This document shows, one piece after another, positions 35,296 through 44,708 of a stretch of 64,000 nucleotides of DNA (the first letter of the stretch is position 1; the number at the start of each line of letters is the position of its first letter). Source of the stretch: Candidatus Latescibacterota bacterium (GTDB lineage: Bacteria > Latescibacterota > UBA2968 > UBA8231). Below the pieces are notes generated by a model. It saw only the letters and a list, made by a program, of their open reading frames with translations, did no database searches and had not been told where the DNA came from. Both the position numbers and the translations under genes were made by a program. Location of the stretch: contig CBDETY010000003.1 in assembly GCA_965243025.1 (NCBI GenBank), forward strand, positions 6,176,001 to 6,240,000, given 5' to 3'.

Positions 35296-36213
35296 GTGCC
35301 CCTGGATACTGCAACCAGACGGAGACTCCACCGGACCCTGACTCCGTATTACTTCCTGGTGCCCGCACTCGCCGTGCTCGCCGTCATCATTCTCTTTCCG
35401 ATCCTGAGCAATGTCTCCATGAGCGTGCAGAAGGTGCGCCTGCTCAAGGGGGGCGGAGGCGAGTTCGTCGGACTGGCCAACTACGCCAAACTGCTGGGCA
35501 GCCCGACTTTTCAGGGCAGCGTGGGCAGCTCCCTTCGGTTCACCCTGCTTTCGCTGCCGCTGGCGTTTGCGCTCGGACTGGGAATGGCCCTGGTCTTCAA
35601 CGAGATCCGCAAGTACCGCCCGGTGTTCACCGGGTTTCTCCTGGTCCCGTGGGCCATCGCACCGGTCGTGACCGGGTTCATGTGGCGGTGGCTGTTTCAC
35701 GACTCCTTCGGACTCGTGAACCACTTCCTGAAGACACTCGGCCTGATCGACGCCAACATTCCCTGGCTGGCCCAGCCCGACACCGCGATGGCAGCGGTCG
35801 TCGTCGCCAACGTCTGGCGCTTCATGCCCTACATAACCATCATGCTGCTCGCCGGACTGCAGGGCATTTCGACCGAGCTCTACGAAGCTGCCCACGTCGA
35901 CGGGGCCGGGGTGACCGGGCGTTTCTGGTACGTGACCCTGCCGCAGCTGCGGCACGTCATCGCCGTGGTTTTCCTGTTCGCCACGATATGGATGGTCAAC
36001 GACTTCGCCTTGATCTACATCATGACCGAGGGCGGCCCGGCCCAGTCCACCCAGGTCGTTCCCATCACCGTGTACCGCTACGCCTTCGAACACCTTCGCC
36101 TCGGGCGCGGGGCCGCAGCGGCGATGATTTTGCTGCTGTTCCTCCTCGCCGTCAGCATGGTTTTCATCCGCGTGCTGTTCGCCGAGAAAAGGGCGGAGGC
36201 AAAACCGGCATGA
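35296..36213 (+). CDS. Carbohydrate ABC transporter permease (MalF-like)
   Basis: FVGLANY; LAGLQGI..ELYEAA.VDGA EAA loop; MTEGGP. Confidence 0.95.
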   Translation: MPLDTATRRRLHRTLTPYYFLVPALAVLAVIILFPILSNVSMSVQKVRLLKGGGGEFVGLANYAKLLGSPTFQGSVGSSLRFTLLSLPLAFALGLGMALVFNEIRKYRPVFTGFLLVPWAIAPVVTGFMWRWLFHDSFGLVNHFLKTLGLIDANIPWLAQPDTAMAAVVVANVWRFMPYITIMLLAGLQGISTELYEAAHVDGAGVTGRFWYVTLPQLRHVIAVVFLFATIWMVNDFALIYIMTEGGPAQSTQVVPITVYRYAFEHLRLGRGAAAAMILLLFLLAVSMVFIRVLFAEKRAEAKPA

Positions 36214-37049
36214 AACAGAGGACCCAGGAAAGGGTTCGGGCGGGCATCGGCTACGGCCTTGGAGGCATGTTCGTCTTCCTCCTGGTGCTGCCGCTGATCT
36301 GGGTGGTCAGCACGTCGGTCAGGCCGATCTCCGAAATGACGCAGACGCCGCCGCTGGTGTGGCCGCAGTCAATGACCTTCGACGCCTACTTCGACATCTG
36401 GGACGAAGCCCCCTTCGTCCGCTATTTCCTGAACAGCGCCGGGATTTCGCTGGCGACCGCCCTGGTTTCCCTGGCTTTCAGCGTCGGCGCCGCCTATGCC
36501 TTCGCCCGCTTCCGGTTCCGCGGCGCCACCCTGTTGCTGATGCTCGTGGTGATGTCGCAGATGCTGCCGGGAAGCTCCATCCTGATCCCGCTGTTCCAGG
36601 TTATCCGCAACCTCGGTCTCCTCGATACCCACCTCGGCATGGTGCTGATCTACACCGGGTTCGCGATTCCGTTCTGCACCTGGCTTCTCAACGGCTACTT
36701 CAAGGCGATACCCGAGGACCTGGAGCAGGCCGCCCTGATCGACGGCTGCTCGCGGCTCGAGCTGTTGTGGCGGATCGTGCTGCCCCTGGCCGCACCGGCC
36801 GTGGTCGCTGTCGGCACCTTTGCGTTCCTGCTGTCGTGGAACGAGTTCCTTTTCGCCTACGTCTTCACCAAATCGACCGCGCTGACCATTCCCGTCGGGA
36901 TCAGGACCGCCTTTCTCGGGCAGTACGTCAACAAGTACGACCAGCTCTTTGCCGCTTCCCTCATCTTCAGCCTCCCCCCCATTGCCATCTTCGTCTCGCT
37001 GCAACGCTACTTCGTCCAGGGATTGACCGCGGGGGCGGTAAAGGAATAG
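36210..37049 (+). CDS. Carbohydrate ABC transporter permease (MalG-like)
   Basis: ATG overlaps the upstream TGA; IPEDLEQAALIDG; WNEFLFA; QRYFVQGLTAGAVKE. Confidence 0.95.
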   Translation: MKQRTQERVRAGIGYGLGGMFVFLLVLPLIWVVSTSVRPISEMTQTPPLVWPQSMTFDAYFDIWDEAPFVRYFLNSAGISLATALVSLAFSVGAAYAFARFRFRGATLLLMLVVMSQMLPGSSILIPLFQVIRNLGLLDTHLGMVLIYTGFAIPFCTWLLNGYFKAIPEDLEQAALIDGCSRLELLWRIVLPLAAPAVVAVGTFAFLLSWNEFLFAYVFTKSTALTIPVGIRTAFLGQYVNKYDQLFAASLIFSLPPIAIFVSLQRYFVQGLTAGAVKE

Positions 37050-37230
37050 CGCGTATTTGCGAGGGGCTCCGGGCCCGGAGGCAAGGGTCCGGGACTTGAG
37101 GATTCAGGTCCCGGTGATTCTACCGCCCCGTTTTCCCGGGCCGCTCCTGTATGCGGCTCCGGGAAAGCGCCGGCCCTGATCGATCACGGGCACATTCCCC
37201 GGGCCTTGAGTCATGCACCGGGTTTTGCTC

Positions 37231-37270
37231 AAAAAGAAACGGGCAGCAGTGTGGAACTGCTGCCCGTCTC
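37231..37270 (-). terminator. Intrinsic terminator after tRNA-Val(CAC)
   Basis: Stem ACGGGCAGCAGT / ACTGCTGCCCGT, 5-nt loop, followed on the minus strand by TTCTTTTT. Confidence 0.85.
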
Positions 37271-37277
37271 GTGCAGG

Positions 37278-37354
37278 TGGTGGGCGATACTAGATTCGAA
37301 CTAGTGACCTCTGGTATGTGAAACCAGCGCTCTAACCAGCTGAGCTAATCGCCC
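37278..37354 (-). tRNA. tRNA-Val(CAC)
   Basis: GGGCGATTAGCTCAGCTGGTTAGAGCG CTGGT-TTCACAT-ACCAG ...GTTCGAATC...TCGCCCACCA; 77 nt with encoded CCA. Confidence 0.97.
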
Positions 37355-37386
37355 GGAAACCGCCGGCCCTGAAGAGGAACGGGCCT

Positions 37387-38748
37387 TCAAGCTGTAACCG
37401 GGGCGGTCTTTTCCAACTGTTGCAGAGCCTGCCTGAAAGCGGCTGCGGTCTGCTCGAGGTCCTCATCTGTGTGGACCGCCGATACCAGTCCTCCCGGCCA
37501 GGGAACCAGATCGACTCCGGCGGCGAGCATCCCGGTGCGGAAGTCGCTGATCCAGGCACCGGACATGCCTTTAAACATCCCATAGGGAACCTCGCCCCTG
37601 TAGATCGCGTCGCAGGTGACACCCCGATTCTCGTCGTCGAAGAAGAAGTGGAAGCCGGAAAACGTCCCGTAGACGACGACATCGCTGTCCTCTTCGGCGC
37701 TGACTTCGGTCAGCAGCCGGCGGAGCCGTTCTCCGTTGGCGTTTGCGCGCTCGATCACATCCCCTTCGTCTACGATCCTCAACTGGGCGAGTCCGGCGGC
37801 TGCGGAGACCGGGTTGGCGTTGAAGGTTCCCTGGTGCGCGATGCGGCGCCTGGCGTTCCACTGCGCGTCTTTCATGGTCAGCATGTCCATTACATCCGTC
37901 CGTCCCACCACCGCTCCCCCGGGAAAACCGCCAGCCATCGACTTGGCCATCACGGCGAGATCGGGAGTGACGCCGAACACCTCCTGGGCACCTCCCCTGG
38001 CGACGCGGAACCCGGAAATGACTTCGTCGAAGATGAGCAGCGTCCCGGTGCGCGCCGTCAGTTGCCGCAGCTTTTCCGGAACGCCGTCAGCCGTCGGCAC
38101 CCGGCCGAACGTCGCCCCTGTCGGCTCGAAGATCACCGCGGCGATCTCGCCGCTGTCGAGCAGCTCCTCGGCCGCATCCATGTCGTTCGGCGGACAGAGG
38201 GCGATGTTCTCCGCCATGCCCCGGGTGATCCCGCTCGGCAGGTCGTCCGAAGGGGAGGTTGGGGAACCGAATGCAACCTGGTCGTGCCAGCCGTGAAAAT
38301 GGGTGTCGAAACGCAGGATCTTCCGCCGTTCCGTGTAGGCCCGGGCAATGCGCAGGGCAAGCATGGTGGCCTCGGTCCCCGAGCTCGTAAACCGCACCTT
38401 CTCGGCGCACGGGACCATCCGCACGATCAGCTCCGCCCACTCCAGCTCGAGTTCGTGCGAGGCGCCGTAATGGGTGCCGCGACCGAGTTGCTCGCGAACC
38501 GCTGCGGTGACGGCGGGGTGGTTGTGACCCAGCATCAAGGCGCCGTGGCCCCCGAAGTAATCGACGTATTCGTTGCCGTCGACATCCCACTTGCGCGATC
38601 CCTGTGCGCGGTCGACGTAGATCGGATGGGGCTCCAGATAGCGGGTGTCGTGGGTGACGCCGCTTGGAAGCACCCTCACGGACCGTTCGTAGAGAGCCCG
38701 CGAGGAAGGGGTTCTGATTTCGAAGGAATCGGAAGGCACAGGTTCCAT
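37387..38748 (-). CDS. Class III PLP aminotransferase, glutamate-1-semialdehyde aminomutase-like
   Basis: WDVDGNEYVD; SSGTEATM.ALR.AR; FHGWHD; LIFDEVISGFR; PDL...AK..AGG.PGG; GTFNANP. Confidence 0.9.
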   Translation of the reverse strand: MEPVPSDSFEIRTPSSRALYERSVRVLPSGVTHDTRYLEPHPIYVDRAQGSRKWDVDGNEYVDYFGGHGALMLGHNHPAVTAAVREQLGRGTHYGASHELELEWAELIVRMVPCAEKVRFTSSGTEATMLALRIARAYTERRKILRFDTHFHGWHDQVAFGSPTSPSDDLPSGITRGMAENIALCPPNDMDAAEELLDSGEIAAVIFEPTGATFGRVPTADGVPEKLRQLTARTGTLLIFDEVISGFRVARGGAQEVFGVTPDLAVMAKSMAGGFPGGAVVGRTDVMDMLTMKDAQWNARRRIAHQGTFNANPVSAAAGLAQLRIVDEGDVIERANANGERLRRLLTEVSAEEDSDVVVYGTFSGFHFFFDDENRGVTCDAIYRGEVPYGMFKGMSGAWISDFRTGMLAAGVDLVPWPGGLVSAVHTDEDLEQTAAAFRQALQQLEKTAPVTA

Positions 38749-38875
38749 GGCAGTCGATTCTCTGATTTATCGCCCGGCTTCCCGGACCGCTGCAGCGGGC
38801 GAGAGTTCACCGAAGGGCGGAAGAGGCGGTTTGGGCGCCGGGCGGCAACCCGGCCATGACTGCGTCTCGAATTGC

Positions 38876-38952
38876 TGGTGGGCCCAGTAGGACTCGAACC
38901 TACGACCAACGGATTATGAGTCCGCCGCTCTAACCGACTGAGCTATGGGCCC
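38876..38952 (-). tRNA. tRNA with CAT anticodon, most likely Ile2 (lysidine type)
   Basis: GGGCCCATAGCTCAGTCGGTTAGAGCG GCGGA-CTCATAA-TCCGT ...GGGCCCACCA; paired G1-C72 and no triple G-C anticodon stem, so not initiator; resembles ileX-type genes. Confidence 0.9.
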
Positions 38953-38964
38953 GGTGCGAGTCCG

Positions 38965-38992
38965 AAACTACCGGAAAATCCCCGCGGGTCAA
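38965..38992 (-). promoter_or_regulatory. Promoter for tRNA-Ile2: TTGACC-N16-TAGTTT
   Basis: -10 ends 12 nt before the tRNA; -35 overlaps the dnaG stop codon. Confidence 0.65.
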
Positions 38993-40797
38993 GCATTCTC
39001 GTCCCCGAGCTTGACGGCGTCGAGCTCGTGCAGTTCGCGGATGAGATCCATGATGCCGGAGTTGAGGATATCGACGTCCCGGGCGCCCGAGGCGCGTTCG
39101 GCGGCCGCCAGTTCGCGTTTGGATTCCTCGATTCTGCGGGTCAGGAAGTTTCTGCGAAAAACTCTCACGTAATCGCGCCATTGCCGCTCCACCTGTTCCT
39201 CGTCGAACCCGATCAGGGCACAGGACGAAATCAGGTCGGCGAGGCCCGGGTTCTCGAGGCTCGACATCAAGGTGAGAAGGTCGGGCAAGTGGTCGGGCCC
39301 GTGGGAGAACAGCAGTTCCGCCAACTCGCGTACGCGCGCATCGGTGAGATGTTCCGCAGTCAACTCCGCCGCCGACCGCGGGATCAGTTGCGGGTGCTGC
39401 AGGAGAAGGCCCATGAAATCCCGCTCCGGACCTGGAGGCTCCGGGTAGGAGGGAGTTTCCGGCAGTTCTTCCGCCGGGGGTCGGGTACGGAGATTCCTCG
39501 CGACAAGGGTCTTGCCCATGTCGTCTCGAAGCGCCCGTTCGTCGACCCTGAGCCGTTGCGCCACCTGCCGCAGCATCAGGTCGCGGGAAACCGATTTGGT
39601 GCAGTTGGCGATCAGCGGCACCACGCGCTCGATGGCGCGCGTTTTGCCGGCCATGGTTGAAAGGTCGATTTCCCCGGCCAGCCGCGTGATGTAGAAAGCG
39701 ATGACGGATTCCGCTTCGTCGACAAGCTGCCCGAAGCGCTCGGCGCCTTCCCGGCGCACGAAACTGTCGGGGTCGTCGTCGCCGGGAAGGGGAACCACCT
39801 GCGCGTCGAGACCGGCACCGATAAGCACCTCGAGCCCGCGCATGGCCGCGGCCGAACCGGCGGCATCGCCGTCGAACACCAGAACGACACGGCGCGCGTA
39901 GCGGTCGAGGGTCCGGCACTGCTGTTCCGTCAGGGCGGTGCCGGACGAGGCCACCACGTGGGCGATTCCCGCCTGCGCCAGCGCCAGGAGATCCATGTAC
40001 CCTTCGACGACGATGGCGCAGTCGCGGCTGACGATCTCCTTGCGCGTCCAGTTCAACCCGTAGAGCACGGATCCCTTGCGGTAGACCGGGGTTTCGGGCG
40101 AGTTGAGGTACTTGGGTTCATCGCCCGGCTTCAAAGCCCTGGCGCCGAATCCGATCGAGCGGCGCGACAGGTTGGCGATCGGAAACATCACGCGGTCGCG
40201 AAAGCGGTCGTAGTGACCTCTCCCGGAGCGGCTCGGAAGCGCCAGTCCCGCCTTTTCCAGCAATTCGGGGGCATGCCCGCGGCGGCCTGCCCGTTCCAGC
40301 AGCGAGGTCCCGCCCCCCGGGGCGTACCCGAGGTAGAAGCGGTCGATCACCTCGTCGGAGAGCCCCCGGCCGTGAAGGTAGTCGAGGGCCCTGCGGCCTT
40401 CATCCTTCCGCAGGAGGTAGTGGTAGTACCTGGCGGCCCATTCGTTGGCCCGGTAAATCTTGTCGGTGACTTGCCCGTCCCGCCGCGCTCCCCCGCCCTC
40501 GGGGATCTCCACCCCGCAACGCCGGGCCAGGAAGGATACCGCCTCCGGGAAACTGACCCGGTCCATCTCCTGAACGAACTTGAAGATGTTGCCGCCTGCT
40601 CCGCAGCCGAAACAGCGATAGATCTGCAGCTCGGGGTTGACGTTGAAAGACGGGGTTTTCTCGGTGTGAAAGGGGCACAGTCCGAGGAAATTCCGGCCCT
40701 TCCGGGTCAGCTGGACATGGCCCGACACCAGATCGACGATGTCGATTGCCGCCCTGATGCGTTCCAGGGTTTCTTCCGGGATGAGATTCCGGGGCAT
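38989..40797 (-). CDS. dnaG: DNA primase
   Basis: CPFH.EKTPSF...CFGC zinc finger; YDRFRDRVMFPI; KYLNSPET; VEGYMD; FDGDAAG; DPD. Confidence 0.98.
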   Translation of the reverse strand: MPRNLIPEETLERIRAAIDIVDLVSGHVQLTRKGRNFLGLCPFHTEKTPSFNVNPELQIYRCFGCGAGGNIFKFVQEMDRVSFPEAVSFLARRCGVEIPEGGGARRDGQVTDKIYRANEWAARYYHYLLRKDEGRRALDYLHGRGLSDEVIDRFYLGYAPGGGTSLLERAGRRGHAPELLEKAGLALPSRSGRGHYDRFRDRVMFPIANLSRRSIGFGARALKPGDEPKYLNSPETPVYRKGSVLYGLNWTRKEIVSRDCAIVVEGYMDLLALAQAGIAHVVASSGTALTEQQCRTLDRYARRVVLVFDGDAAGSAAAMRGLEVLIGAGLDAQVVPLPGDDDPDSFVRREGAERFGQLVDEAESVIAFYITRLAGEIDLSTMAGKTRAIERVVPLIANCTKSVSRDLMLRQVAQRLRVDERALRDDMGKTLVARNLRTRPPAEELPETPSYPEPPGPERDFMGLLLQHPQLIPRSAAELTAEHLTDARVRELAELLFSHGPDHLPDLLTLMSSLENPGLADLISSCALIGFDEEQVERQWRDYVRVFRRNFLTRRIEESKRELAAAERASGARDVDILNSGIMDLIRELHELDAVKLGDENA

Positions 40798-40862
40798 TTT
40801 ACGCCCGACACTTTTGGTAAAGGAAGAATCTGCGATTGGCCGGACCGGCGGCCGGAAACCAG

Positions 40863-40891
40863 AAGCTACCCGGGTTGGATAACCGGGTCAA
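40863..40891 (-). promoter_or_regulatory. Promoter for dnaG: TTGACC-N17-TAGCTT
   Basis: Read on the minus strand, 65 nt upstream of the ATG. Confidence 0.6.
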
Positions 40892-41087
40892 ACCGCCATA
40901 TTTTGGGGTGTGCTGACTTCGCACACACAGTATGAAGAGCCGTTGGAAAGGCGCCATACCGGCGCCTCGCGAGGATCCTCGGGGGAGAAAGTTGCCCAGA
41001 TGTGCAGGACTTGAGGGATTTGCGCACCGGAACCGATTGACTACTTTTCAGGGCCGCAAAGCAGCCTGGAGCAGAGGAGGAATTTGC

Positions 41088-41115
41088 TTGACTTGCACCG
41101 ACAATACCCTAAATT
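41088..41115 (+). promoter_or_regulatory. Promoter TTGACT-N16-TAAATT for the surface protein gene
   Basis: Sigma70-like hexamers ~160 nt upstream of the ATG. Confidence 0.5.
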
Positions 41116-41273
41116 TGCGGTACTTGGGGCTTTTTCAGTAACTAGCGATCTCGTCTTGAGTTGCGGGATTTTCCGGACTGAGGGATCCAGGGACGCGAAA
41201 AAGTGCTCCTCAAGGCCCTTCACGATCGAACAATCCCCCGATTACAGAGATTCCCATGAGGAGGAAATCGAAT

Positions 41274-42701
41274 ATGTCGAGAGGTAGAAAGACGTTGTCG
41301 GCAGGCGTCGGCCTTTTCGGGCTGGCTGTCGTCCTTGTTTGGGCAAACTTCGCAACGGCTCAGACTGTGTCGGATCCGGTTGCCGGGGTCGACAACATCC
41401 CGCCGGATGCACCGGAAAACCTGATGGCGGAAGCCGACTTCGCCGGGCCAAGCGTGATTTTGACATGGGATTCGTCCCCTTCGGATGGGTATCGGTCAGT
41501 GCCGGCCGGCTCCGATTTTACTTCAGCCGGTGCGTCCATTCGTGTCAACGATGTCCTGAGCTACAATGTCAGACGCAGTGAACTCGGTGGTGAGCCCGAA
41601 TTGATCGCCGAAGTATCGGTGGCAGCCGGGTACGATTCCTACTCATACACCGATGAAACAGTGGAAAGCGGAATCACCTACGACTACTCCGTCACCGCTG
41701 TCGATGGCGGCGGCAACGAAAGCGAAGCAGCGGATTCAGGCCCGGTGGCAGTCGGGCCACCGCCTGTCGCCACCATATCTCCTGAAGGAGAGATCGACTT
41801 CGGGGAGGTTGGCCCGGACTCGGAAACCTCTGATTCAGTCACAATTACCAATGTGGCCACTGAGGAGGGTTCCCTGCTGGGTGTCAATGTTTCGGTCGAG
41901 GGTGACGGGTTCGCAACAGACCTGGCCGGCAATGAGCCGGTCATTCTCGCGAATGATGAATCGGTCACGTTCGCGGTAAGTTTTCTCGCTTCCGAGGTCG
42001 GCAACTACAATCTGGACTACAAGGGGACCCTGACCATCAGGACGAACGATCCAGACAAGCGCGAGACGGTCATTGCGTTGAGCGCGACTATCGTCGGAGG
42101 TATGGATCCGCCTAAAATGGTTTTGAGCCGTACGGGGATCAATTTCTGGAACGTTGTCGTCGACTCGAGCAAGAGAAAACTCCTGACGATCGCTAACGAC
42201 GGATCAGTGAAACTCGAAGCCAGCATTGCCTTGGAGGGAGACGGCCCTTTCTATATCAATCATGTCGCCGAAGAAGAAGCATCACCCCTTCGCCAGTTTG
42301 GAATAGATTTGGAGCCTGGGGATGACGAGACCTACTGGGTTGAGTTTACTCCCGCAGAAACGGGCGACTTCCGTGGTGCCATCGCGGTTACCAGCAACGA
42401 TCCCCTGAAGGCAGAGCTCGAGCTGGATCTCCTGGGAAGTGGAGTTACCGAGCTTGTATGTGGCCGTGTCGAGTCAGCGGTCGATCCGGAAACGGGAGAG
42501 GAAAGCAGCGTGGTGGGTTTCATGGACGACGACAATGACATCGACTACGACGATTTCTTCCTTTTCGCTGACGTTTACGGTTCCACCGATGATGATGATG
42601 ACTACAATCCCAGGGCTGACATGGTGGATTGCCACAATACGGTCAATCTCGATGATTTCATGAAGTTTGCCGACTCCTTTGGATATGGCGTCAGTAACTG
42701 A
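41274..42701 (+). CDS. Acidic secreted/surface protein: FN3, two ASH/choice-of-anchor-D Ig domains, C-terminal dockerin-like EF-hand pair
   Basis: GAGGAGG RBS; signal peptide ATA; PP.APENL...LTWD...YTD.TV..G.TY.Y.VTAVD..GNES; IDFG.V...TNDP twice; DDDNDIDYDDFFLFAD.YG / D...VNLDDF..FADSFG. Confidence 0.8.
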   Translation: MSRGRKTLSAGVGLFGLAVVLVWANFATAQTVSDPVAGVDNIPPDAPENLMAEADFAGPSVILTWDSSPSDGYRSVPAGSDFTSAGASIRVNDVLSYNVRRSELGGEPELIAEVSVAAGYDSYSYTDETVESGITYDYSVTAVDGGGNESEAADSGPVAVGPPPVATISPEGEIDFGEVGPDSETSDSVTITNVATEEGSLLGVNVSVEGDGFATDLAGNEPVILANDESVTFAVSFLASEVGNYNLDYKGTLTIRTNDPDKRETVIALSATIVGGMDPPKMVLSRTGINFWNVVVDSSKRKLLTIANDGSVKLEASIALEGDGPFYINHVAEEEASPLRQFGIDLEPGDDETYWVEFTPAETGDFRGAIAVTSNDPLKAELELDLLGSGVTELVCGRVESAVDPETGEESSVVGFMDDDNDIDYDDFFLFADVYGSTDDDDDYNPRADMVDCHNTVNLDDFMKFADSFGYGVSN

Positions 42702-42726
42702 GTCCTGCTGAAATCGGTTCCAAACG

Positions 42727-42761
42727 GGCGCGCCACCGACTTGCGGTGGCGCGCCTTTTTT
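42727..42761 (+). terminator. Intrinsic terminator
   Basis: GGCGCGCCACCG-acttg-CGGTGGCGCGCC followed by TTTTTT. Confidence 0.92.
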
Positions 42762-42863
42762 CGGTGAGCTCTGGCGCCGCCAAGCCCTTCAACCTACCGG
42801 GCCCCCCGGAAGGATCGCGAAACCCCGCCGGCACCGGGCCGGTGGAGGGGGTTTCCAAAAGGC

Positions 42864-42892
42864 TTGACAACCGCCCCATTCTACTATAGCTT
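42864..42892 (+). promoter_or_regulatory. rho promoter TTGACA-N17-TAGCTT
   Basis: Perfect -35, 17-nt spacer. Confidence 0.65.
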
Positions 42893-43228
42893 TCCGTCTA
42901 CCCTTCGCAGCTATTCAAAACCTCTCCTTTAAATTCACTTCGTTTCTAGCGGTCGGCTGTTCGTTGTTTCCGGCAGTCGCCCCGGATACCAAGACCTTCA
43001 GCAGTAATCCGATCAGCAACAGGCTTTAATTTCAATCGCATCGTTCGCCAGCAGGATGCGCGCAAGTTCGCTTCCCCATCAGGGGCAGCAAATGCAAAAC
43101 TGACTGCTGAGATACCCGCAGCCCGGTTTTCGATCCGTCCTGTGGGTGTCCCGATCGAAAATTCGACAAGCCCTCGAATAAACCCCCACTGGACGCGCTC
43201 CCCGCGTTTCGGTCGGGTGTGACACCCA

Positions 43229-44608
43229 ATGGTAACTACCCACGAAAGGTCTCCGATGCCCGCCGAGCGCACCAAGGCAGCGCCGGAACGGAAGCGTTCG
43301 CCCTCCGAACGCAACCACAACCGTTCCAGATCCGAACGCGCCAACGAGCGCAGCATAAAGCTCAACATCATCGACTTGCAGAGGATGAACATCCTCGATC
43401 AGCAGGAGTTGGCTCGCGATCTCAACGTTCCCGACTACCATTCGCTGCGCAAACAGGAGCTGATCTTCGCCATCCTCAAGGCTCAGACCGAGCGCAGCGG
43501 GCTGCTGTTTGCCCAGGGGGTGCTCGAAGTCCTCGACGAGGGTTTCGGCTTCCTGCGCTCACCCAGCTACAACTACCTGCCCGGACCCGACGATATCTAC
43601 GTCTCGCATTCGCAGATAAAGCGATTCGGTCTGCGCACCGGGGACACCATATCCGGGCAGATCAGACCTCCGAAAAACGACGAGAAGTACTTTGCACTGT
43701 TGCGCGTCGAAGCGATCAACTTCGAGGATCCCGAGGTAACCAAGAGCAAGACGATTTTCGAGAACCTCACTGCCCTGCATCCGACTGAGCGCATGGTGCT
43801 CGAACACAATCCCAAAGATCTCACCACGCGGATCCTCGACCTGCTGTCACCGATCGGCAAGGGCCAACGGGGGCTGATCGTGGCGCCCCCGTTCACCGGG
43901 AAGACGGTACTGCTTCAGAAAATCGCCAATGCCATAACCCACAATCACCCCGAAGTGATTCTGATAGTGCTGCTGATCGACGAACGCCCGGAAGAGGTCA
44001 CCGACATGCAGCGTTCGGTGAAAGGTGAGGTGGTCAGCTCTACCTTCGACGAGCCCGCCACCCGGCACGTTCAGGTTGCGGAGATGGTCATCGAGAAAGC
44101 CCGCCGGCTGATCGAGCACAAACGGGACGTCGTCATTCTGCTCGACAGCATGACGCGCCTGGCGCGGGCTTACAACACGGTAACCCCGCACAGCGGACGT
44201 ATACTGACGGGCGGCGTCGACTCGACGGCTCTGCAATGGCCGCGCCGGTTCTTCGCAGCCGCGCGCAACGTCGAGGAAGGGGGCAGCCTGACCATCGTCT
44301 CGACAACCCTCGTCGATACCGGCAGCCGTATGGACGAGGTGATCTTCGAGGAGTTCAAGGGCACCGGAAACATGCAGGTAACCCTGGATCGCAAGCTGAG
44401 CAACCGGCGCACCTATCCGGCTATCGACGTGACCGCGACCAGCACACGCAAGGAGGAGCTTCTCCTCGGCGAGCTGGAACTGAGCCGGTCGTACATCCTG
44501 CGGCGTATCCTCAACCAGATGGGTGTCGTGGAGGGAATGGAATTCCTCACCGAGAAGATGCAGGGGACCGCGTCGAACGAAGAATTCCTGAAGGCCATGA
44601 ACGAGTAG
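43229..44608 (+). CDS. rho: Transcription termination factor Rho
   Basis: GFGFLRS; [18 protein letters not shown]; [14 protein letters not shown]; [12 protein letters not shown]; EEFKGTGN. Confidence 0.99.
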   Translation: MVTTHERSPMPAERTKAAPERKRSPSERNHNRSRSERANERSIKLNIIDLQRMNILDQQELARDLNVPDYHSLRKQELIFAILKAQTERSGLLFAQGVLEVLDEGFGFLRSPSYNYLPGPDDIYVSHSQIKRFGLRTGDTISGQIRPPKNDEKYFALLRVEAINFEDPEVTKSKTIFENLTALHPTERMVLEHNPKDLTTRILDLLSPIGKGQRGLIVAPPFTGKTVLLQKIANAITHNHPEVILIVLLIDERPEEVTDMQRSVKGEVVSSTFDEPATRHVQVAEMVIEKARRLIEHKRDVVILLDSMTRLARAYNTVTPHSGRILTGGVDSTALQWPRRFFAAARNVEEGGSLTIVSTTLVDTGSRMDEVIFEEFKGTGNMQVTLDRKLSNRRTYPAIDVTATSTRKEELLLGELELSRSYILRRILNQMGVVEGMEFLTEKMQGTASNEEFLKAMNE

Positions 44609-44708
44609 CTCTGTCCCGGGGCGTCGAGCCGGTTTCGCCGTTTGCGCCACTGTGGCTGGGCCGTATCTTTTCGTCCAACCCGTTGCAACGACAGAACGCG
44701 AAAGAGCC

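Noticed and set aside
37387-38748. Calling the aminotransferase hemL
   Set aside because: GSA-like but divergent (PSGVTHD instead of PGGVNSP) and no hem genes nearby; may be a paralog.
38876-38952. tRNA-fMet or elongator Met
   Set aside because: Lacks initiator hallmarks and looks more like Ile2, though elongator Met is not fully excluded without covariance scoring.
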